From: Felis catus
Taxonomy: Eukaryota
NCBI RefSeq assembly: GCF_018350175.1
Contig: NC_058369.1
Span: 870,001-930,000, forward strand
Direction: 5' to 3'
DNA: 60,000 bases
Position numbers and translations under genes: made by a program
Part shown: positions 1-11,699 of the stretch, piece after piece
Numbering within the stretch: position 1 is the first letter of the stretch
Layout of the letters: every line of letters starts with the position of its first letter
The notes under the pieces: generated by a model
The model's input: the letters and a program-made list of their open reading frames with translations, nothing else
Database searches by the model: none
What the model was told of the DNA's origin: nothing

Positions 1-213
1 TGTGGAGAGGGGGCCTGGGATCAATGAGGGGTCCATGTTCAGATGAGGGCAAAGGGTCAGATCAAGGAGTCCCATTCGGGGCAGAAGGAGTCAAGATGGA
101 GTCAGGTCAAGGAGTCAAGGGTAAAGTCAGATCGCCGTCAGGGGTCAGCAGGACAGGGCTGAAGTTCAGGTCAACCAGGAGTCAGGTAGCGGCTGGGGTT
201 AGGAGTCTCTCAC

Positions 214-285
214 CGAAGTCGCCGCCGCAATAGTGGAGCAGCCGGTGCGCGCGACCTCGAGTGTCTGGGCACGGTGAGCAGGGGT
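214..285 (-). CDS. ADAMTSL5: ADAMTSL5 exon ([24 protein letters not shown], start of NTR module)
   Basis: cacag acceptor, gtgag donor, 72 nt. Confidence 0.93.
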
Positions 286-3200
286 CTGTGGGGGGCGCAC
301 GGTGAGGGGCACGGACCTCAGCTCCCTGCTAGCTCCCACCGGGCCGTCCCCACCTCACCTGGGGCGGGGGGCGGGGTCCTCGGGGAAACGGCAGCTGGGG
401 CCGCGGGGGCTTCAGCGGGCTGTGGTTCCACCTCCCGAGGCTGCGGCTGCCGCAGGGACCAGCCCAGGGCCTGCGCCTGCGCCTGGAAGGGGCCGTAGCG
501 CTCCCGAGGGAGCCAGAACTCGAACTCGATGCCGGGGTTGGGCTCCTGCAGGAGGACCTGGAGGGGTGTCACGCCGAGGGAGCCGCACTCGGACCCGATG
601 GCCCAGCTTCCCCCCTCTGGCCCCCGTCCCCCCGCCCCCATCCAGTAGCCAACCGCCCCCTCCATCTCCCAGCTGCCCCCGCAGAGCCTGGGCCGCACCT
701 GCAGGAGCAGGTCTTGGGAGGTGGGCCCAGCCGCGCGCAGCGTCTCCTCTGGCCCCGCAGCGCGGGTGTAGACCACACGGGTGCCCGCTGCCTCGTAGGT
801 CCCGGGTGGGCTGACCGCCCAGTTCCCGTTGAGCACGTGGCGCCCGTCGACCCCTATCAGCGCTGCAAGGGAAAGGTCAGCCCGGGCTCCGGGAACCGGC
901 CCGTTCCGCCTCCCGCACCCCTTCCCCCGCAGCCGCAGCCGCAGCCTCCCCGGCTGTATCCGAGGCGGCCAGCAAGACGCCTCCCCCTTCGGGCCCTGCG
1001 ATACCCAGGTGGTTGCGGCTCCGGTGGGCTACGCGGATGTGTCTGGCGCCCTCGGGGATCAAGGTCACGTTCCAGTACCCAGCGAAGGCACCTGGGCGGA
1101 AGGAAAGGAGGGCGTTGGGCGCGAGTGGGAGGGTATTTGAGGGATGAGTTGAGGATTAAATGAGATACTGCGGTAAGCAAGTTAGCCAGGGTCCTGGCAC
1201 CTCCACAATGCTCGGTAAACTTTTGGAGGTAAGATTATTCTCGCTTAAGTGCAGCTGGGAAAGAGTTAAAACCCCATCTGTTCCGGGAAGGGCGGGACCA
1301 TCTGACAGTAACCAGTCAGAATGAAGAGAGGGAGGGGGCTGGGCCACGGACTGCCCAATCAGCTCGGGATTTCGCTTCCGGGGCCCGAGGCTCGTTAAAG
1401 GGCCCGCTCTGGGCGAGCGGGTACGACGGGGAGGGCGGTCACCGGAGTCACGGAACACGCGCTGAACGAAAAGGCACGACTCGTTGGCGCCGCCGCAGCG
1501 GCCGCAGTGATCTTCGCGGGCGTCCGAGCCCAGCAAACCGTCACAGCCGGCGCTCTACAGGGGCGGGGAGGACGAGCGCGCCTTCGCGGACAGCCCCTGG
1601 CCTGGGACAGCCCTAGGAGGCGGGGCCGGGGCGGGGCCTAAGGGGAAAGGGGCGGAGTGGAGCCTCGCATGGGCGGGACACGGGGCGGGGGGGGGGGGGG
1701 TGCGGTGCTGGGGGCGGGGCTTGGAGAAGGGGGCGGGACCCGGGAGAGAAAGGAGTGGGGTCCGTGGCCAGGGCCTGGATGTGAGGTGGACGGGGGGCGG
1801 GGCCCGGCGAGGCCTTACGAGGCAGCGGCCGGCCACGCAGAGCCCCTGGGCCCCGGGACTGCAGGGGGTGCCGTCCAGGACGCGGCCGAAGGTGTGGTAG
1901 AAGGCGTGCCCCTCGGCCAGGCAGTGAAGGTCGCACTGGTTGGGCGCTGGGGACAGAAGGAATTGTTGGGCCAGTCCAGGACGTCTGTCGGGGCTTCTGG
2001 CCTCCTCCCCCTCAGGCATGTGAGACCCAGGGACTCAGCCAAAGCCACACTTGGAGGCTTTGGTTAGAGCCAGGATTGGAACTCAGGTCGCGTCTGCCTT
2101 CAGCTCCCAGACCCTCCCAGGCAGGTACCCGGGGCAAGTACCCAGGGCTGACCCATGCATGCATGCATGCATGCATTCCTGTCAAGCCCTAACATCAGGG
2201 AGCCCATTGTTCATGCTTTCGTCCTGCAAACATTCACAGAGCACCTATTACTTTCCCAACACCGTTCCAGGCTCTGGGGTATGGCAGCGGGCAGAAGTCA
2301 CTCAGCACACGGGCCCTGCACCCCGCATGTGCCCAATAAAAAGTGCCCAGTGCTGGAGCACCTGGGTGGCTCAGTCAGTTACGTGTCTGACTTCGGCTCA
2401 GGTCATGATCTCACAGTTTGTGAGTTCGGGCCCTGCACCGGGCTCTCTGCGGTGGGCACAGAGCTGGCTTTGAATCCTCTGTCCCCCTCTCTCTCTGCCC
2501 CTTCCTCTCTCTCTCTCTCTCTCAAAAATAAATAAACATTGGGAGAAAAAGAATTTTAAAAAAGGAGTATTCAGTACTGACTGAATGCGGAGCAGCTGGC
2601 TGTGTCACTGGCCCTCCCCCGGACTCAGTTTCCCGGCTGCCTGGCGGTGGGGCACAGTGGACAGTCTGGTCGCAGGCTCAAGCTCACAGCCGCAGGGATC
2701 CGTGCTCCTCCTGGCTCCCACTTCTCTGAGCCTGGCTGGCAGACCCTGCCTGGCACAGAGCCCAAGCTGGCCTTGGAGGGCCTCTGGGGGGGTGGGGGGG
2801 ATCATGGCAAATTTCCTCTAATTCTTAGGGGGGAAAAACACACAAAAAACCAAAACACCCACGAGGCTGACCGATGGAACCTTCTCCATTGTCAGCTTTT
2901 CTTATCTGTATCTGCTTCCACTTTGGTGTCTAAAGCTGTCTGTTTCCCTTAAATGCGGAGGCACACTGCCCCGGGCACACAGTTACATAACTTGCTATTT
3001 TCAGCTAAATGCGGCAACAATTCCTGCCACGGGCATAAGTCTGAGAACTGTTGGCCTCTGGATACGGCTCCACGCAAATCCTCAGGCTGTGTTCAACCCC
3101 GTGCAGAACAAACCCTGCCTCCCTGTGCTACTTTCCCCTCCACTTCAACTCCTATGCATCCTTCAAAGCCCCAGTGCTGATGTTCTCTTGCAATCCTCCG

Positions 3201-4562
3201 GCCGTCTTTCTTTCTCAGCAGCCCCTCCTCCCTGCCTCCCGTGGACCAACAGGAGGCAAGGCTACTCACCACCGTAGAAGGGCACCCACTGGTAAGTCTT
3301 CTGGGTGCCTAGGACAGGGTGGCCATTGTAGAGGGCACACTGGAGGTCTCGGAATGGAATGGCCCCTGGGGGACAGTCCTGAGGACAAAGATGGGTAGGT
3401 CCGAGGCTGGGAGAGCCCCAGGGGAGCCCGGAGAGCCTGGCAGGGTGGCAGGTGTATTTTGGGGGCACGAGTGGGGAAGCAGGAAGTCTTCAAGGCGCAC
3501 CCGAGGGCCCCGGAGGCGGACAGAACTTACCGGCAAATGGCAGAGGCGGTACTCATGGGTGTCTCCCCAGCATGTGTCTAACCCGGGAGGCCTACACGGA
3601 ACAGGAGGGCCAGAGTGTGGTCAGGACCCCCAGTAACCCTCTTTCCAGAGCTGGCCTGCCCACCCTTGGGCCCGGCCGCCCCCACCCACATTCCAGCCGG
3701 ATCAGTGGGATTAGAAGGCACAGCATGTGTGGGCAGGCAGAGGGTGCGGCCAGCAGTGGGGCGGGCTGGCGGGAGAGGAGGGGCAGGCACCCCCCTCCCA
3801 CCCCACCCTGCTAGCCCCAGCTTTTCTGCGCTCACCAGATGCAGCGACGGCTGCGCACAGAGACACCCCGCCCACAAGAGCTGGAACAGCGACTCCAGGA
3901 ACCCCAGGGGGTCCACTCACCTGGACCCTACTTGGGGAGAGAGAGGCACCATCGGCCTGGAGAGAAGCCAGTGGCCCCCACACCGCCGGCCAGGTCCCCA
4001 AGCCCACTGGCCCCCTGGACTCGTGTCCCCCCTTACCTGGGCACTGCCCCCTAAACCACAGTTCAGGAGGGTCCACAGCAGAAGCAGGTTCTGGAGGGGG
4101 CGGGGTGGGGGGGAGCAGAGAGGGCGCGGCAGTGGGGGCGCCAGCAGGCCGGGGTCGGAACCCCAGCTCTGTGCCCACTGGCTGTGTGATGTGGGGCAGT
4201 CGTTTAACCTCTCTGGGCCTCTGTTCTCGTCTCTGAAAAGTGGGGTAATAACAGGGCCCCCGTTACAGGAAAGTCTGAGGGGTCCGTCAGACCAGATAAG
4301 AAAAGCAGGCTGCACAGAGCCCGGCGAGGGGGAGGGAGAGCTCAAAGAATTATCCGCTTTTATTGCTATTGTTTGTCGTCTGATTACATGCACACAGCAA
4401 GTGCTTAATCTGTGTCTGATTATGGAGGGAATCATTCCAGGACAGTGCACGGGAATCTCCAGTGGCGGGACCCCGTCACCACTCCCCCCACCGTCAATGC
4501 GTCTACCTTTCTGTGTGGCCAAGGGCCAGCCACTCCACATCCCCAGGCCTCAGTTTCCCCAT
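214..4562 (-). CDS. ADAMTSL5: ADAMTS-like protein 5 (TSR, Cys-rich, spacer, start of NTR domain); 3' end truncated by window edge
   Basis: Exons in transcript order: 4507-4562 (candidate start), 4037-~4090, 3836-3927, 3531-3591, 3270-3378, 1819-1946, 1443-1554, 1005-1091, 699-862, 359-557, 214-285. All are GT-AG and phase-consistent from 4037 onward. Translation [47 protein letters not shown]...[17 protein letters not shown]...[10 protein letters not shown]...[24 protein letters not shown] matches ADAMTSL5. Confidence 0.96.
359..557 (-). CDS. ADAMTSL5: ADAMTSL5 exon ([19 protein letters not shown]...)
   Basis: ctccag acceptor, gtgag donor, 199 nt. Confidence 0.93.
699..862 (-). CDS. ADAMTSL5: ADAMTSL5 exon (spacer, [13 protein letters not shown]...DLLLQ)
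   Basis: ttgcag acceptor, gtgcg donor, 164 nt. Confidence 0.93.
1005..1091 (-). CDS. ADAMTSL5: ADAMTSL5 exon ([19 protein letters not shown]...)
   Basis: cccag acceptor, gtatc donor, 87 nt. Confidence 0.92.
1443..1554 (-). CDS. ADAMTSL5: ADAMTSL5 exon ([10 protein letters not shown]...[11 protein letters not shown])
   Basis: ctgtag acceptor, gtgac donor, 112 nt. Confidence 0.93.
1819..1946 (-). CDS. ADAMTSL5: ADAMTSL5 exon (APNQCDLHC...CVAGRCL)
   Basis: ccccag acceptor, gtaag donor, 128 nt. Confidence 0.93.
2356..2565 (+). mobile_element. CAN-SINE (SINEC_Fc-like)
   Basis: cacctgggtggctcagtc head, (CT)n, A-rich tail. Confidence 0.9.
3270..3378 (-). CDS. ADAMTSL5: ADAMTSL5 exon ([14 protein letters not shown]...WVPFYG)
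   Basis: cctcag acceptor, gtgagt donor, 109 nt. Confidence 0.93.
3531..3591 (-). CDS. ADAMTSL5: ADAMTSL5 exon ([20 protein letters not shown])
   Basis: gtgtag acceptor, gtaagt donor, 61 nt. Confidence 0.9.
3836..3927 (-). CDS. ADAMTSL5: ADAMTSL5 exon ([22 protein letters not shown]...)
   Basis: WxxWxxW and CSxSCG thrombospondin motifs; tag acceptor, gtgag donor, 92 nt. Confidence 0.93.
4037..4090 (-). CDS. ADAMTSL5: ADAMTSL5 signal-peptide exon (5' boundary uncertain; may extend to 4181)
   Basis: [18 protein letters not shown] hydrophobic signal; gtaag donor at 4036. Confidence 0.8.
4507..4562 (-). CDS. ADAMTSL5: Candidate MIR-derived ADAMTSL5 start exon ([18 protein letters not shown])
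   Basis: ATG sits in the MIR core acagATGgggaaactgaggc; AG|gtagac donor; resembles the recalled human isoform N-terminus MGKLRPGRVEWLASGHTER. Confidence 0.6.
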
Positions 4563-5599
4563 CTGTGCAATGGGGATCAGCTGGTCTCAGTCCAGCGCTG
4601 TATGAGGGACCGTGGAGAAGGTGCGGCTGGCGGGGCTGGCTCGGGGGCTGAGTCCCGGGCAGAAGCCCCCTGGCTGCACCTGGGCCTCCGGGGCCGCCTC
4701 GGCTCCCAGACCTGTGGTGGCAGGGAGCCCCCGGATTGGGGGTCACAAGGCGGGTTGACCTGGCCCCAGTCCAGCCGGTGCCCCGTGACCTCATGTGCAG
4801 AGGATGTGGGCTCCACCAAGGGCAGCCTGCAGAGGAAAAGGAGCCATTGATGAGGGTGGTGCAGGAAAGAGGGAGGCCTCTGGGGGTGAGTGGACTGGGG
4901 GGGGGTAGACTTGTCCCCCAGGGCCTCAGTTTCCCCATCTGTCAGAGAAAGGTGCGGTCCCTTGCCATCCACGCCCTCCCCGGGACCGTGGCGTTGCCAG
5001 AGAAAGGCGGAGGGAAGCGGCCACCCCGTGAGGCCTTTCCCAGGCCAGGGCCAGCGCGCCCAAAGGACTGAAAGAACCGGCTGGAGTTTTCCAGCCCTGA
5101 GTTTCAGGGCCCTGGTCCTGTACCAGTGGACTCTGGACCCTCTCCAGCCTCAGTTTCCCTGGTTCTCAGGCTCTGACATTCGGACCTGGGGCATCAGGCG
5201 CTGGGACGCACGGTGGCCCCGGGTGCCGAGAACCTTGGGGACCACTGGGCAGGGCCCTTCTCTGCCCAGAGCTGTGGAGCCGGCTGTATCGGTGCCCCTC
5301 TGAACCCCGAGTCCGGGCTGGCCTTGGAGAGCTCAGATGGGGAGGGGGAGGGGGCTTGGCCTTTTCACACGCAGCCCCCTCGCACCACACACACCGAGCG
5401 CCAGCCCCTGGGGTGGGAGTCCAAACCCGGTGCTAGAAGCGCCATTTTTCTGCTCCCCAGTGAACCCTCCCGGAGGAGCATGACACATCCCGTTTTGGCC
5501 GCGCCCCAGCCTGCAGGTGTGATCCCGGAGCAAGCCACACCTCTAGGCCTCAGTTTCCCCAGGAGGGGGCGGGGATGAGCTCTCTCCCACCCTGGGATC

Positions 5600-6350
5600 G
5601 CTGCCAGGCCAGCCCCTCACCGGCCCGGGCCCGGGGACGGGGAGGAGACGCCGGCCGGGATTGTGGGGGGATAGGAAGAGGGACTTACCGGCTACGGAGA
5701 GCCCAGGCGGCACGTCCCGGCTCCCCGGGCGGCCGCAGGACAGGCGGAAGCGGCGGGGCCCGCGGGGAGGGGCGGGGGGAGCCAGGAGCAGCCCCTCCCA
5801 CCAGGCCTCCCAGGGCGCGCCCAGGCCGGGGTCCGGCGGAGGGGCAGCCCCGTGCGCCCTCGCGCGGCGGTTGCGCGCCTCGGCGCGGATCTACGGCAGG
5901 GGACTGCCCCGCGCGGGCGCCGGCGCCTCAGACCACGGCCTGGTGTTCCAGAGTCCGTATCCCGGTGACCTTGGAAAGCCCCGGGGCGGGGGAGACGTGA
6001 GGGAACCGACCGCCTCTACCCCACCCCCCACCCCGGGGCTGCTATTCCGGGCGTCGCGCTCAGGGCCCGGGAATGTGCGAGAACCGAGGTGGCCCTGCCG
6101 TGGTTCCGGGAGTCCGGGACGCTGTCCCGTTTCCACCGACGCCCAGATCGCGTCCCCGCGAGGGTCCCCGTTCCCGGTCGGTACCTCCCTCCCCTGGTCC
6201 TCCCCCCGAAGCCTCCCTCAAGGTTACCCTACTGAGGAACCCGTGCGCCCGGTTGCAATCCTGAGGCTCCCACTCCGGGTCCCGGCCACCCCAGAGCAGG
6301 GCCCCAATGCACTGGGAGAAGCTCAGCTCAAGGGGCCGGGCGTGGGGGGC
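5600..6350 (-). promoter_or_regulatory. CpG island / probable ADAMTSL5 promoter and non-coding first exon
   Basis: CpG-dense; minus-strand consensus donor CCG|gtaagt at 5689/5688; GC boxes. Confidence 0.6.
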
Positions 6351-7679
6351 GGAGAGCCCCCTTCCAGCCCCTGCAGGAGCATTCCCGGGCACTGCTGTCA
6401 CCAGAGGACGTGCCCCACCCTGCCTTCCGCCCTCCCAGGCTGAGCAGCGATTTGGAACCAGACCCTCTCGCACAGGGGTGTGCCCCCGCCCCATGACTTA
6501 TTTTCCCATCCGGACAGTGGGGTCCGCAGGGTTCCTCACCCAGACACTTCCAAGTGGACCTCAGCTGTTTCCGGGGACTGGCAAGGACAGGGTCCCCCTA
6601 GGGCTCCTCATCACCCTGCCTTTCCCAGCTTAGCACGGGCACACTGACCCCTCACCCTGCCCACGCAGGGAGGCAGCAGGGGCCCTGTGCTCACCCCTCC
6701 CTTGCCTCCTTGCTGTTGCCCCTGAGGCTTCCTAACAGGTTCGAGAAGATGGGGCCACCGAGGGGTCGATGAACGGCCTGCCCCCCTGGTCGCTGGGCAA
6801 GCCCATGCTCAGCTTGATTGCCCCCCCCTCCTGGAAGCCGGCTGTGGGGTGTCCGGCCCTGACCACAGGGACGGGGGTGCCGGTCCAGCTCTGTCTGCCC
6901 ACCAGCCTGGAGGGGCTCAGGGCAGGGCCGCTCAAGGCCATCTGTTCAGGCAGTGTTTACTGAGCATGTACTATGCGCAGGGGGAGCAGGGAACAGCCCT
7001 GCTAACCAGGCAATCCTGCCTCTTGATCAGGACACAGAGGAGTGTCCCAGGCCCCCTGCAGATGGGGTTGGAGGGAGGCCCTCGCCCAAGAGGTGATCAC
7101 CAGGAGGAGGGGGCAGCCCAGGCAGAGGAAACAGCAGTGCAGAGCCCCGGAGGCTAGAATGAGAGAAAAAGGGACAATCAGGAGGGCGGGGTGGGGGGTG
7201 GGGTGGGGGGAGGTCAGAGAGGGGCCAAGGGGTGGAGGCCAGGGCGGTGGGAGTCGTGCCTTAGTTTGGGAGAAGCCACCCCTGGCTCCTCTGGGGGCAG
7301 GAAAGCAGCGAAGAGGCAGCCGCCTCCTGCGGGGACCGGGGTTGTGCGGGCGTGCAGGGTGGAGGTGAGGGGGGGCACGCAGCTGTCGGGGAGTGGAGCG
7401 TATAGGCTCCCGCAGGAGCCCCGTCGGGAAGAGGTGAGGCGGGAGCTTGGCCGGAGCTGCTGGGAAGGGAGGTGCCCATTTGCTGCGGGAGGGTGGGAGT
7501 GGGGAGGGCAGGTCCAGAGGTCACTTCCGGATGGGTGTGGGGGGACACGTCTGGGGGTCAACCAAGAAGAGGCTGGGAGAGCAGGGGCTGTGTCCTGCAG
7601 GACGTGTGGGCGTCCTTGGCACGGCGGGATGTCTAGAGTCACGGATGAGGTCACGGGGCGTGAGCGAGGACTGAACGGA

Positions 7680-8400
7680 GACTGGGGCCTGCGTCCCAGG
7701 GGCCCCGGGGTGGGCGGGGGGGGGGCGGTGCTAGGGGCCGAGGGACAGGGAGCCTCTGGGCGGAAGGAGGGCGGACCGGTGGATCAGCGCTGCCGGAGGC
7801 ACTCAGTGACTCGGTGAGGTGAAGCGTGGTTGGACGGGGGCTGAGAGAGGACAGCAGGAGTGGGGGACGCCTACTGCGGGCGTGAGCTGGGGCCCGGGGC
7901 CCGGCGGGCGTCGGAAGTAAATCGGGTTTGGTCCCGCAGCTCCCCCTAGTGGACAAGCGCCCTCTCTCGGAGGTGCGTCTTCCGCTCCGCAGCGCGCATA
8001 CAGCAGTCCCCGTGGCCCGCAGGGAGGGTACGCAGCAGGTGCTCTGCCCTGCACGGGGGCCTAGCGCCTGGGGAGATGCCGCTCACGGCGCCGGGTGGGG
8101 ATGGGGTGCAGATACGGTGTCCTGGGCCCGCGCCCCTGCCTCTGCTCCCCGGGCCCCAGCCTCCCGCCTCCGCGCTCCGGCGGCCGCCCGGCCGGATTCG
8201 GCAGATTCCCAGGGAAGGAGGCCAAGAGCTCGGGCGGGAACCTCGCGCAGGTGGAGGGGTGGCCGCGAGGTTCAGACTCCAGGTGCGGCGACATCTCGAC
8301 CCCTCCCCCGCCCCTCCCGGTGCCCCGGCCTCGACCTCCAGTAGGGGGGCGGTCCGTGCGGTCCCGCACCCTGAGCTCTAGTCCGGGCCGTCCCTGAGGC
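7680..8400. promoter_or_regulatory. CpG-rich element with candidate CTCF site
   Basis: CpG-dense; minus strand reads GTCCACTAGGGGGAGC at 7939-7954, close to the CTCF core. Confidence 0.5.
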
Positions 8401-9124
8401 AGAGGGGACACCGGTCCTGCGGATGGGGGTCGGCTGGGCTCTGCTACCTCTGAGGCCTTGTGACCTTGTGGCTTAGGAAGTGCCCATGAGCGGCCCTCGT
8501 GGCCTCCTGGTGCACCCCCCCCCCAACTCCCCCTGGCCTCCTGTGATCCCTCGGGCCTGGCCACGTGGTCCCCAGGGCACTTCAGCCTCCTGCGGAGATG
8601 GGGTGGGGGGGTTCCTGCCACCCGTGCTCCAGAACTCTGGGTCTCTGGAGCGCCCCGAGATGAATCCTCACCCCACTCAATGGGTCGGGACACTGAGATG
8701 TGGTGGGACCCAGCTGCACGCAGCAGGGTCCCCACATCTGAATGGGTGAGGGAGTGGCGGGAGGGGGGCTTGGGGACACTCGAGGCAGGACCTGGAGAGG
8801 GTGCTCCCAGCAAAGGCCAGGTGGCTGGGGGCCCAGGGCGAGGACGCCTGGCGGGGAGGCCTGTGCAGCTGGACGGGGGGGCGGGGGGGGCAGGGGGGGG
8901 AGGTTACTCACACATGGCCTGTCATCTAAGGTGTTCGCCTCAAATCAAGAACGTTACGCACGATGTGGTGCCATTTACAGAAGAGAATATCCCCGGCACA
9001 TAAACTCTGACGGGAAACGGAAAGGAATAAACCCCTCGTGTCGCCCAAGATGGTCTCCGGGCAGGGTACGGGTGACGGCGTTCCTGCTTCTGATTCTGAT
9101 ATCTTTAAGAGCATTTTTATTTCA

Positions 9125-9325
9125 GGGGCGCCCGGGGGGCTCAGTCGGTTGAGCATCCGACTTCGGCTCAGGTCATGATCTCAGGGTTCATGGGTTCGAA
9201 CCCCGCGGTCAGCGCGGAGCCCGTTTCGGACCCTCTGTCCCCCTCTGTCTCTCTGCCCCACCCCCGCTCGCGCCCTCCTCTCTCCAAGATAAATAAAAAC
9301 ATTTAAAAAGTTTTTTAAAAAGAAA
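9125..9325 (+). mobile_element. CAN-SINE
   Basis: ggggcgcccggggggctcagtcggttgag head; aataaa tail. Confidence 0.9.
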
Positions 9326-9404
9326 AGTTGTATTTTGGAATAATTTTACATTTACAGAAAGTTGCAAAGATGTGAGAGTTTCTGTCTACCCTTTCTCATC
9401 AGTG

Positions 9405-9795
9405 GTATAATCCACCGCCCCAAGAGGTCCCTGTCCTCGTCCTCAGAACCTGCAGACGTGTCCCCTCATGCGGCAGAGGGGACCTTGTCAAGGCCCCTGA
9501 GGCGGGGGTGACCCTGGGTGCCCGGGGGACCCGGCGTCGTCACGAGAGGGAGGCAGAGAGCCGGGCGGACCCCGAGCCGCTGGCCTTGAGGATGAGGAGG
9601 GGCCGCGGGCCCAGGATGCGAGGCCTCTGGAAGCCGGAAAAGGGGGGAGAGGGGGCTCCCTGGGGCTCCGGGGGGAACCGGCCCTGCCCACGCCCGGGCG
9701 CTAGGACTTCTGACTCCACAACATGAGGTTGATAAACGTGTGATTCTTTTTCAAGCCACCAAACGTGTGGTAATTTGTTACAGAAACCCTAGGAG
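9405..9795 (+). mobile_element. MLT1 (MaLR) LTR remnant, GC-shifted
   Basis: gcctctggaagccggaaaag and aagccaccaaacgtgtggtaatttgttacag, as in MLT1D-type ends; judged by eye. Confidence 0.7.
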
Positions 9796-11699
9796 CCAAG
9801 CATTCTTGTCCCAACTCAGACACCGATATTGGAGTGCTGCTATCACCGACTGATGACATCAGTAATTGCCGTGACTACTGACCAAACTCCACCTTTTATT
9901 TGGAGTTCTCTATGTGTCGTTGTTGTTCTCTTTTTTGAAACTGATTCCCTTTTTCTGTTCCAGGATCTCATCCAGGATCCCACATGACAATGAGCTATTT
10001 TTCTCGTAATTGGTAAAAACAAAACAAAACAAAACAAAAAAAGACCCGGGCAGATAAAATACGGATTACGCCTCTAGAAATCTGGCCGGCTCTGACGCTC
10101 AAACAGCACCTCGCTCACAGCCGGAGTCAACCGATGTCCCTGAATAGAGGTCGAGGCCGCATCCAGCTGGAGAGAGGACAGCAGGGAAAGTGTCCCCCTG
10201 CAGGGACAGCGCCCCCGGAGGACCCTGAGGGCACGCCCGCCGCAGGCAGGGTCCCGGGCAGTCTGGAGAGGGTCTGCGCTTGCGTGGGGCCACCCAGCAG
10301 GTCGGCACCCGTGGGGCACACGGCAGGGTCAGACACAGACCCGTGTCTTCGTGTGACGTGTCCAATCTGGTGGGACGGGAACCAGCAGACCTGCAAGGAC
10401 GTGCATAATTTCAAGTTGTGAAGGACCAGAGGGAATCACGGGGTGGAGGTGGCCTCCTAGCTGCTAGCAGAGGAGAAGGAGGTGCTGGGAGAAGACTCAG
10501 GCCTGGGGGGCATCATGAGCACAAAGCACGGCGTATGCAAAGGCCCTGAGGTTGGGATGCGCTTGGTATGGGGTCTTGGGCCAACAGGGAGGCCAGGGGG
10601 TTGATGCTCCCTCGTCTTCCTCTGGGGTAGATAGTCCTGAGGAATGTCCTACCCAGTTCCTCAGGGGCCCACAGTGGTTACCAGGGCCCGCCCTGCCCCA
10701 TCCTCCTCGGCCCCTCACTCCTGCTCTCCGGACCAACCCGCTGCACCAAACCCTTGCTTCGGGCTCCGTGTTTGGCCGAGTCCAGACTGAGATGTGGGAG
10801 GAGAGACAAGCCTCCCGCTTCAGTGTCCTGCTGGTCTGGACAATGTCATCGAGAGGGAGTGAGGACAGGGTACAGCGGCCTCAGCTGCAGGCGGCGAGGG
10901 GAGGAAGAGCAGCCTCAGAGGACCCCGGAAAAGACTGGAAAGCAAGCAGAGAAAGAAGCCCGCGGACGGGTGTCTGGGAGGACAAGCGAGGACGGCGCTT
11001 CTAGAAGAAGCCAGCGACGCACATGAGGCTGGGAGAGGCAAGGACAAAGTCGGGTCCTGGGGTGGGGGGGGCCGAGTCTCGCCTCCCCCACGGTCCGGGC
11101 CGGTGCGGCGACAGCGTGCTGCCCAGGTCGGGCCGTCCCCGGGGACTGCGAGGGGGGGGGGGTGCGTGCTCACAGGACAGGCACGGAGTCCGCGGCCTTT
11201 CAAAGGCCGGGAAGGGACCCGAGCCTCACGCTCCCCCCCCCCGCCGGGCACCTTCCAGAGCCGACTGTGCCACGTTTCACCCCGTGCCCAGTCCCTCGAG
11301 CCTCCCTCGGGCGCCTCACCGCTGGGGGCCGTCTCCGCGGCCGCCCCCTCCGCCCACCGCAGGTGCCCTGTGCGGTGCTGTCCCTGCACTTCTCCCGGGA
11401 AATGTGCTGAGTCCAGGGAGTTATCTCAGGTCAGCGAAGGAACAGACGGGAGGGAAAGCAGGCCTGCGGCCGGAGCGCGGTGGCTCCCGGGCGGGGGCGG
11501 CCAGGCCAGGTGCCCGCCCGTGACCACCTCAGCCTCCGGCGCCTGGGCAGGGGTCGGCGTGGGGGGGCGGCCGCCCCCCTGCAATCCGCACTCCTCTGCC
11601 TGGCGAGCTGCCTCGTGCGCGCGTCTGTAAAACCGGGTGTCGGTGAGGCCCTGATGCCGTCCTCGCTCTGTGGGAGCGTGGCGGGGGGGAGGGGGGGGT

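Noticed and set aside
2356..2440. tRNA-like A/B boxes
   Set aside because: Heads of tRNA-derived CAN-SINEs, not tRNA genes. The same applies to all SINE copies and their short ORFs.
3615..4850. 411-aa plus-strand ORF
   Set aside because: Antisense to ADAMTSL5 exons and MIR sequence; GC artefact.
4432..4938. ORF starting MGKLRPWG as the ADAMTSL5 start
   Set aside because: A second MIR-core copy whose similarity ends after six residues; the copy at 4562 matches much further and has a donor site.
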